NCBI GenBank assembly: GCA_964016885.1
Contig: OZ024742.1
Location: 299,832,001-299,896,000, forward strand
Direction: 5' to 3'
Length of the DNA: 64,000 nt
Source of the DNA: Eledone cirrhosa
Taxonomy: Eukaryota
Below are positions 56,401 through 64,000 of this stretch, piece by piece. The notes under the pieces are model-generated. The model ran no database searches. It saw nothing but the letters and a program-made list of their open reading frames with translations, and was not told where the DNA came from. A program made the position numbers and the translations under genes. Within the stretch, counting starts at the first letter, position 1. Every line of letters starts with the position of its first letter.

Positions 56401-59400
56401 TATATATAATTGTGTGAGTATATCATCATCATCATCATCATCATCGTTTAACGTCCATCTTCCACGCTTCAATGGGTTTGGACGGGAGGTTTCCCACTTG
56501 AGGCAAGATTTATTGTCCTGCTCGTATAGGACTGTCTGGCGGGTTTTCTACGGCTGGATGCCCTTCCTAACACCAACCACATTTAAAGTGTGGACTGGGA
56601 GGTTTTTACCGTGTTACCTACACGGCCACATTACAGCGTGGACTGTGTGTTTTTTTTGTCGTGACACCTACACGACCTCATTTGTTTCGGACTGGATGTT
56701 GTGGTACCAACATAACTTTACATTGAAAGGGGTGGTGGGGGTAGTGGGACGGGGGGAGGGGGTATTTTGTTAGAGGTGCCTACTGACTGTAGGTTTCGCT
56801 TTGTACTTAGGCAAGGCGGGTCTTCTGTATGACTGTGTAGCGCCAAAGATCTCGGTCCAGTGACATTGTCTTGGAGAGGTGTAAGTGTGTGAGGTCGGAA
56901 TTTATCAAGTTGTCCCAGGTTTTTCTGGGTCTGCCTACTTCGTGGCTACCGTCTATTTTTATCGCCCTGCACTTTTTTATACAGCTGTCGTCTTTCATGC
57001 GCATCACGTGACCGTACCAACGTAGTCTTCACTCGAGTAAACAACATCTGATCCCTCTTATTTCTAATTTCTCCCTTAGTTCGTTTATGCTTTGCCGTTC
57101 ACGTATATTACTATTACACATCCAGCGGAGCATGCAAGCTTCATTTCTCTCCAGTCTGTGTATATCCTCTGCACACAATGCCCAGGTCTCACTGCCATGT
57201 AACATTGATGTTCGTATGCAGGCATCATACAGCCTGCCTTTCATTTTTAGAGAGAACCCTTTAGCGGCCAATAGTGGTATAAGCTCTCTGAACTTTTTCC
57301 ATCCCGTTCTGACTCTAGCTACTGTACTTCAGAGCACCCTCCCCCACTGCTGATTTAGTCACCCAGGTAACGGAAGGTGTCCACTATTTCTATAGTACCA
57401 TCTGTGCAATGGAATGAGCTAGTATTCTGTGGGCACTTGCTGCTACTTATTGCACCAGAGCACCGGCCACATATATTCTTAGTTAGCTTACCTGTGATCC
57501 CACATCTTTTATGCACCCATATTTTGCATTTGGGACATAAAAATGGAGTTTCTGCCTACTCCTTTCCTACACACTGAGCATGGCCATTTCCCAGATGGGA
57601 CCGGTGCCCTATTTTCCTTCCTACAAACTAGAACTTTAGTCTTAGACAAGTTAACTTTAAGGCCTTTTGATTCTAGGCCATGCTTCCATGTTTAGAATTT
57701 CTTCTCTAGTTTAGCCATTGATTCAGCTATGAGCGTTAGATCATCTGCATATAGGAGTTCCCATGGGCAGCCGGTCTTGAACTCCTCTGTTATAGCCTGA
57801 AGGGCAATAATAAATAGTAGGGGGCTAAGAACGGAGCCCTGATGAACACCAACTTTTACGCTAAACTCTTCACTATATTTGTTGTTAATTTTAACCTTGC
57901 TGACTGTTTCTTTATACATGGCTTGTATAGCTCTCACAAGCCATTCATCAACACCTAGTTTTCTAAGCGCCCACCAGATAATTGAGTGGGGGGACTCTGT
58001 CAAGGGCTTTCTCCAAGTCACAAAAGCTAAGTATAAGGGTTTACTTTTAGCTAGGTACTTCTCTTGTAGTTGTCGTACAATGAAAAGAGCGTCTGTGGTA
58101 CTTTTACCTGACAGAAACCCGAACTGCATTTCATCTAGATCAATTCGTTCTCTGATTAGTTGCGCTATTACTTTTTCTGTGACCTTCATGACCTGGTTGA
58201 TTAATTTAATGCCTCTATAGTTACCCCTATCAAGAGCATCTCCTTTACCCTTGTAGCAGTTAATGATGATGCTGCTACGCCAGTCCTTCGGAACGGCCCC
58301 GTTCCAGATGCTTTCAGCATTTCAGCAACTATTTCCGAAGGCCCAGCCGCCTTACCCGTCTTCATATCTTTGATTGCCTTACTTATTATACTACCTTCAA
58401 CTCGCACTGCTGGTCCCTCTATTGGATCGATGTGGGGGAGACTGTCTTTCTCCCATTTATTCTCCTCATTTAGTAGCCTTTCGTAGTGGCACTTCCAAGC
58501 TACCTTCTTATCAGCGTCAGTGATGTCAAGTACACCATCATCATTAAGGACACACTTCTCCCCAACAATATCACGGTTTTCCTTGACACATTGCCTAGCA
58601 ATCCTGAACACCACGTTTTTGGTCCTCGTGTTGTAGAACATGCTTGAACTTTCTTTCCTCTGCTTCCCTTCTTGCCAAGTACACTTGTCTCCTAGCTTCC
58701 CTCCTGGCCACTTGATAGTCTTCTCTACTTCCCCCATCCCGCCATACTTTCCAAGCCTGCTTTTTGGCCTTAATTGACACCTCCACCTTACTATTCCACC
58801 ACCACGTTACTCTCCTCCTGCCTATAGGCCTGCTCCAGCCACAAACTTCATCTGCCGCCTTCAGCGGGTTAGCTTTCAGAAATTCCCACTGTTCCTCTAT
58901 ATTGTACGACTCTAATTGCTCTTCCTTACTGTCGAAAGCATCAAGTAATATGCTTTTAAATTTATTACTGGCTGTGGGGTCCTTTAGCTTCCATATTTTT
59001 CTCTTGAGGATAGTCCTCCTCTGTTGTCGAGTACGTCTTGTCCTGACTATGAGTCTTTGTTGGGAGGTGCATTCTTCATGGGGGAGGGATTTAGTGTTTA
59101 CAACAGACACTCTATCACGTCTTCTCGTAAGGATATAATCTATCTGACTGGCGTGTACCCCTGATCTATAGGTGATCAAGTGATTGTCTCGTTTTTTTAA
59201 GTTAGTGTTACAGATAGTTAGGTTATTTGCGTCGCAGAATTCCAGGATTCTGGCGCCTTCCTTATTTCTAGTACCAAACCCATAGCCTTCATGGATTCCG
59301 TCATAGCCGTCAAAATGTTGTCCAACGTGACCATTTAGGTCACCAGCAATAATTATATAGTCACTGTCGGTTATTTGGGAGGTAGCGAGCATCAATGTCT

Positions 59401-62400
59401 CATAGAATCTGTCTTTTATAGCGCCAGGCAGTCCGGTTTGGGGTGCATACGCAGATATTACTGTCACAGTAGTTCTATTTAGGACAAGTCTTATTTTAGT
59501 TATTCTGTCGTTCACTCTATTTACGTCTATTATCTTATCTCCCCATTTTTCTGCTAACATGATTCCTACCCCACCCAGCCCATTTTCATTTCTCACCCAG
59601 AAAAGCTTATAGCATCGTTTTTTACCCACAATGAATCTAGCAGACCCACCCCTCCATCTGGTCTCTTGGATACAGCAAACATCAACCTCCTTACGTTCAA
59701 GCATTTCTACAACCTCGTTAGAGCAACCTTTTAAGGTGCCTACATTCATGGTACCAACTCTGAAGTTTTGGATTGCGTTTGGTGGGTGGGAACGGTGGGG
59801 CGCGGGGATGGGGTTGGGATTATGTTGGCCATCCGCGGCCGAAACAAAGAGGAGTCATTGTCTTTTCGTCCGGCAGCATATATATATATGAAAACAAATA
59901 TATTGATGAAAAAATCAACTTATATCCTTTAAAACCTATATTTATTTCCTTACACATGTTTCAAAGGAGATGTACATCCAATTATTTGAAATGTTATTAA
60001 ACATTTCGCACAATCTGTGTCCATATACAAATATAGCTGTAAAGCCATAATTGTACATTCCTTCTCTTCGGAGGAGCAATAAAAGTTTCATTTCATATAT
60101 ATTTGTATGTATGTGCGTTTATGTCCATGTCAGTGTTTGCTTTTGCTATTTGTTTATATCCTGTAACCAAGTAACTTGACAAAAAGAAATTGATAAAATA
60201 CGTACCAAACTTAAAAAGTTAGTACCGGGGTCGATCGGTCAACTAAATCCCTTCATGGCCACAGTCAAATGAGAGAAACAAGTAAAAGAATATGGAACTG
60301 TTTTTGTCCTTGTCCTCCTTAGTCAAACCAATATTTTCTGTTCCTTCACATGAAATATTTGGTTTCTATTTCTATTTTCAGATACTCTACCATTGAGAGG
60401 TACAATTCCTGACATGACAGCAGATTCTAACCGTTATATTCAGTTACAAAATGTCTACAGAGATCAAGCCCATAAAGATATTACAAATGTCCTCCATCGT
60501 GTCCAGAACATTCTACAGAAGATTGGAAAGGTTATTATTGTTGTTGTTGTTTTCTTAACTATACACATCACTGATTTTGTATTTGGTTTTGGTTTTGTAA
60601 ACTTCATGAATCTCCATACCAACAACCATCATATAGCAGTCTCTCTCCTCCCTTCCTTTCTTCCCTTGTTTCTCCCCTCTTTCCGCTTCTCCCTCCATTG
60701 CTCCACACTCTCCCTATCCCTCCATTGTTCCACTCTCCCCCTATCCCTCCATTTCAGGTTCAGTCCCACTGCATGGCAGTTTTAGCAAGTGTTTTCTACT
60801 ATAGCCTCAAGTTGACCAATGCTTTTTTGGTAGAAATTTGGTAAAACGGATACTGTGTAGAAGCGCATCATATATATATGTGTCTGTGTTTATGTTTACT
60901 GTTATGTGCCATAAATTGTTAATTCGACAAAAAGATATTGATAATATAAATACCAAACTTGTATAAATAAATACTAGGGTTAACATAATTGACTAAAACT
61001 CTTCAAGCTGGTGCTCCAGCTTAGCCGCATTGAACTGACGTAAAAGAATAAAAGCGTAAAAGAATAAAAGATTAACCAATTTAACTATTGCTGTGGTTGT
61101 TGTTGTTTTATATAGAATGAATATAAAACCATTTTTTTTTTAAATATATCTTTCCACACTGTAAACGTGGTTGGTGTTAGGAAGGGCATCCAGCTGTAGA
61201 AAACCCGCAAGACAACCAATCTTGCCTTAAGTGGACAATTCCCGTCCAGACCCATGCTAGCGTGGAAAATAGACGGTAAACAATGATGATGATCTTTGAT
61301 AGAGGTTTTAGTCTTTTTTTTTCTTTCTTTTATAGCCATATTGCAGTATCACAGAACAAGATGTTAAGTTATTTTGTAAGTACCTAAAAATGCCTCCTGT
61401 CACTTCTACCTACTTGTCAATCTTTAGCTTTCAATTAATAGATTATTTATTAACCCTTTAGCATTTACGTTACTATATATATACTATTTTCACAGTAAAC
61501 ACTTTATCTCACATAATATCAAATCTACGAGATTTTGATATTATTTATTTTGAGAACAAAACCTTAACATAAGTATGAGCAGCATGTTATGGCTAGTTTG
61601 AACAAAAAGAGGTGAGAGAATTGTGGCTGGATATGGCCAGTTTAAATGCTAAAGTGTTAAATAGATTGAAGACCAAAAATGTTATCTTAATCTTATCTAA
61701 GTTTACCATACTTAAGTCTTGAAGAAGCTCCAATCTGGAAAATTTATCCCAATTTTAACTTGGAAATTTAAGAACAAGAACATTTGAACATAAAAACAAG
61801 ATCTCATTACTAATATAGTAACCAAACCATCACTGTAATAAATATGATGACCAACCTATCACCATCACTGTAATAAATATGATGACTAGGCTATCACCAT
61901 CATTGTAATAAATATGATGACCAACCTATCACTGCCTTTGTAATAACTATAATGACCAACCTATTACTGTCTTTGTAATAACTATTGTGACCAACCTATC
62001 ACTCTGTATGTTTCAGGTAAAAATGGAAGCTTTTTACGTGTGATCCACTGCAGAAGCCTGGCAGACGAATATGACCCTAAAACTGCAAGGGTTCAGGAAT
62101 TGGGTATTGAAACTTTTGTTATTTTATTTAACCCTGTGGTTGGCATTAGGAAGGGTAGCCAGTAGTAGAAATTAAGCCAAAAGCAGAGCATACAAGCAAG
62201 ATGTGATCATCTGACCAGTCTAGCTGCAGTATCTGACAACCCATTTAACCCATGCAAACATCGACAATAGACATTAAACAGTGATGATGATACTGAAATG
62301 CCTTGAAACCATCCTTGGTTATATGATGCTGAAATGTTTATAGCCAGGTTAAAAAAGGGCTGGACGAAATTTAAGGAGCTAGTATCACTTCTAACAACAA

Positions 62401-63453
62401 AGGGTTGACTGTATGATACTTCTGTGCAAACAGTAATGCTATAAGGCAGTGAAACATGGGCTTTGACTACTGAAAACCTGTGAAGGCTAGAAAGAAATGG
62501 AGTATGCTCAGGGGGATGTGTAATATTAGTGTGCATGAACAATGTACCATAAGAAAAACTTGGTATAAGAGGAATTGATGTAGCATGCAAGAGGGAAGAC
62601 TGTACAGGTATGGACATGTGGTGTGTATTGGATATAACAGCTGTATGAAGTACAGAGAAATCTGTAGACATTGGATGATGTAATGAAGACCAATCTTAAG
62701 AAGCTGAACCTCATAAAAGATGACCAAGAATTGGTGACATGCTGTACTAGAGAAGATTCACCTCCCAGCATAAAGGATGTGGCCTAAATCCTCCCCTACA
62801 CTATTGTTTCTTAGTAGCTATTCTAATCATCACTGTATGCCCCCCCACTCTATTCAAGATTAACTATATATATATATATGTAACATCATTTAACATCTGC
62901 TTTCTCTGCTAGCAAGGTTTGGACAGGTCTTTGAAGTGGGTCTGTTGACCTGCTGGAGAGGTGGGGATTTGGTGTGTCACTTACATGCAGTCCCATATTC
63001 TACTAAGTGCATTTATGGCACCAGCACAAGAGAGGGTATCATGTTTTTGACACAACTGACGGGGCCTCCCAACCTTTTGTTATGGCAAGTTTTTTATAGC
63101 TAAATGCTTGTCCTATCAACAAGACTACTGAGTTTATTGTGTTGATTAACTGAAGGGTTCTGTCAACACATTTTTGCATTGTTTCTACAGCAGGATGCTC
63201 CTCCTATCGCCAATCACCTTACCAGGTTTACTAATTGCACTTTTGTTGCACCAACACTAAAAGGGCGTCCCAAAAAATGTATGAATGTATATAATATTTG
63301 TATGTCTTTCCAGGACTCCAACTTGGAGATGAAGAAGACAATGATGTTGTATTTTACTTGATGCTGAGAGCTGCAGAACGTTTCTTTGAAGAATACAGTC
63401 GCTACCCTGGCTGGTATGATGATCAGGTTGAAGGGGACGTCTTCAAATTAAAG
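38368..63453 (+). CDS. NAE1: NEDD8-activating enzyme E1 regulatory subunit (APP-BP1); span of 17 coding exons, 3' end beyond window
   Basis: Manually spliced exons join in one open frame of 1392 nt (464 aa), all GT-AG. Motifs include [76 protein letters not shown] and RYPG. Confidence 0.96.
40126..40229 (+). CDS. NAE1: NAE1 exon 2
   Basis: ttcag acceptor; [34 protein letters not shown]; donor gttagt. Confidence 0.95.
40244..40670 (+). mobile_element. SINE with tRNA-like head and RTE-derived 3' tail
   Basis: A box tggcttagtgg, B box gagttcaattct, tail ggtgttaggaagggcatccagctgtagaaa..(GAT)n shared with the RTE 3' UTR. Confidence 0.75.
41633..42025 (-). mobile_element. Mariner remnant with three TIR copies (NAE1 intron 2)
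   Basis: TIRs at ~41633-41660, ~41781-41807 and ~41998-42025; peptides [17 protein letters not shown] and [35 protein letters not shown]. Confidence 0.75.
42241..42301 (+). CDS. NAE1: NAE1 exon 3
   Basis: ttacag; [20 protein letters not shown]; gtaagt. Confidence 0.95.
42520..42728. mobile_element. piggyBac-like MITE (TTAA TSD)
   Basis: ttaa-CCTTTTAGCATT..AATGCTGAAGTG-ttaa; same family as 61454-61656. Confidence 0.65.
42978..43008 (+). CDS. NAE1: NAE1 exon 4 (31 nt)
   Basis: tttcag; (N)[10 protein letters not shown]; gtaggg; phases match neighbouring exons. Confidence 0.9.
43721..44032 (-). mobile_element. Antisense copy of the tRNA/RTE-tail SINE
   Basis: Reverse-complement similarity to 40244-40670. 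Confidence 0.72.
45018..45089 (+). CDS. NAE1: NAE1 exon 5
   Basis: tttcag; [24 protein letters not shown]; gtaagc. Confidence 0.93.
45775..45854 (+). CDS. NAE1: NAE1 exon 6
   Basis: ttatag; [26 protein letters not shown]; gtaagt. Confidence 0.93.
46230..49804 (+). mobile_element. Near-full-length RTE-clade LINE (NAE1 intron 6), sense
   Basis: APE domain ([33 protein letters not shown]); RT domain ([32 protein letters not shown] at 48461); PHD-like Cys cluster; [11 protein letters not shown]; (GAT)n tail; premature stops at 48299 and 48626. Confidence 0.95.
50042..50151 (+). CDS. NAE1: NAE1 exon 7
   Basis: ccacag; [36 protein letters not shown]; gtattt. Confidence 0.93.
50754..50863 (+). 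CDS. NAE1: NAE1 exon 8
   Basis: ttacag; [36 protein letters not shown]; gtaaat. Confidence 0.94.
51406..51468 (+). CDS. NAE1: NAE1 exon 9
   Basis: tatcag; [21 protein letters not shown]; gtcagt. Confidence 0.92.
52069..52132 (+). CDS. NAE1: NAE1 exon 10
   Basis: ctccag; [21 protein letters not shown]; gtaagt. Confidence 0.92.
53080..53171 (+). CDS. NAE1: NAE1 exon 11
   Basis: ttttag; [31 protein letters not shown]; gtgagt. Confidence 0.93.
53259..53318 (+). CDS. NAE1: NAE1 exon 12
   Basis: taccag; [20 protein letters not shown]; gtaaga. Confidence 0.92.
53754..53814 (+). CDS. NAE1: NAE1 exon 13
   Basis: AAG acceptor; [20 protein letters not shown]; gtaagt. Confidence 0.87.
54370..55435 (-). 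mobile_element. 3' fragment of a related RTE subfamily
   Basis: [28 protein letters not shown]; PHD remnant; (ATC)n tail. Confidence 0.88.
55685..56420 (+). repeat. ~230-bp direct duplication (55685-55915 / 56190-56420)
   Basis: Near-identical blocks starting taggtaaccatcatgg. Confidence 0.85.
56422..59877 (-). mobile_element. Near-full-length RTE-clade LINE (NAE1 intron 13), antisense, frameshifted
   Basis: ORF fragments 58595-59749, 58201-58737, 57692-58189, 57029-57271 and 56807-57007 closely match the intron-6 copy; (ATC)n tail at 56422-56444. Confidence 0.95.
60382..60530 (+). CDS. NAE1: NAE1 exon 14
   Basis: tttcag; [49 protein letters not shown]; gttatt. Confidence 0.93.
61336..61375 (+). 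CDS. NAE1: NAE1 exon 15
   Basis: ttatag; [13 protein letters not shown]; gtaagt. Confidence 0.9.
61454..61656. mobile_element. piggyBac-like MITE (TTAA TSD)
   Basis: ttaa-CCCTTTAGCATTTA..TAAATGCTAAAGTG-ttaa. Confidence 0.7.
61825..62003 (+). repeat. Minisatellite, ~35-bp unit, about 5 copies, abutting the exon 16 acceptor
   Basis: accatcactgtaataaatatgatgaccaacctatc. Confidence 0.8.
62017..62103 (+). CDS. NAE1: NAE1 exon 16
   Basis: tttcag; (C)[28 protein letters not shown]; gtattg. Confidence 0.9.
62320..62770 (+). mobile_element. Old degenerate RTE fragment
   Basis: [30 protein letters not shown] similarity with stops and frameshifts. Confidence 0.7.
63314..63453 (+). CDS. NAE1: NAE1 exon 17
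   Basis: ttccag; [47 protein letters not shown]; gtatta. Confidence 0.9.
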
Positions 63454-64000
63454 GTATTATTGGCTATATTATCTTACTAGACAGCTACCCAAGAAATTTA
63501 AGTCAGTCAGTCCATGCCTAACATTTTTTTTTAAATTTAAATGAGAATCGTTGTTTTCCTGTATAAATTTATTATTTTAAACACTAGAGCATTTGTAATG
63601 AAAATACAGTTATTTTTTCTTCTTCTTCACTCACTTATTCCTAAAAGGGTCATGAAGGCAGAGTCTTCATATATGCCTTCCAGAGTGTCCTATCAGAAGT
63701 AACCATCTCCTGTTGATCCAGCTGGATTCCCCAGCATGACCAGCTGAACTCCTAGATGTTATCCAACCATCTTGTTCATGGTCTACCCTTGGATCACTTG
63801 TCGGCTGACTGTGTCCATAAAATCTGTTCATTATTTCTTTCCTTAGAAATTCTAACCATATGTCCATAGTATCGGAGCTGTGATCTAGCAATTCAGAAAA
63901 GTAGCAGCTCTACCTGGGGTGACTCTGTCAAGTAACGTTACTCCAAAGACTCTTTGGAGGAACTTCATTTCAGCCAGCTGTATACTTTTAGTCATTACCA

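Overview
Eukaryotic, AT-rich, microsatellite-dense genomic DNA. The SINE and RTE repeat families look like those of octopod cephalopods (inferred from memory, not searched). The window has two compartments. (1) About 1-33 kb is intergenic and dominated by (TA)n/(TG)n tracts. Between these tracts sit two truncated Penelope-like elements (GIY-YIG endonuclease) and many short non-coding modules, often with inverted repeats. These carry about 14 type-I hammerhead ribozyme motifs of unrelated flanking sequence, including a pair with a compensatory U3-A8 core. The same region holds an internally deleted mariner, hAT fragments, a Helitron cluster, MITEs and minisatellites. (2) From 38.4 kb to the end is the NAE1 (APP-BP1, NEDD8-activating enzyme regulatory subunit) gene on the + strand. 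It has 17 GT-AG coding exons (464 codons, in frame) and continues past the window. Introns 6 and 13 each hold a near-full-length RTE LINE with a PHD-like finger, in opposite orientations and bracketing exons 7-13.
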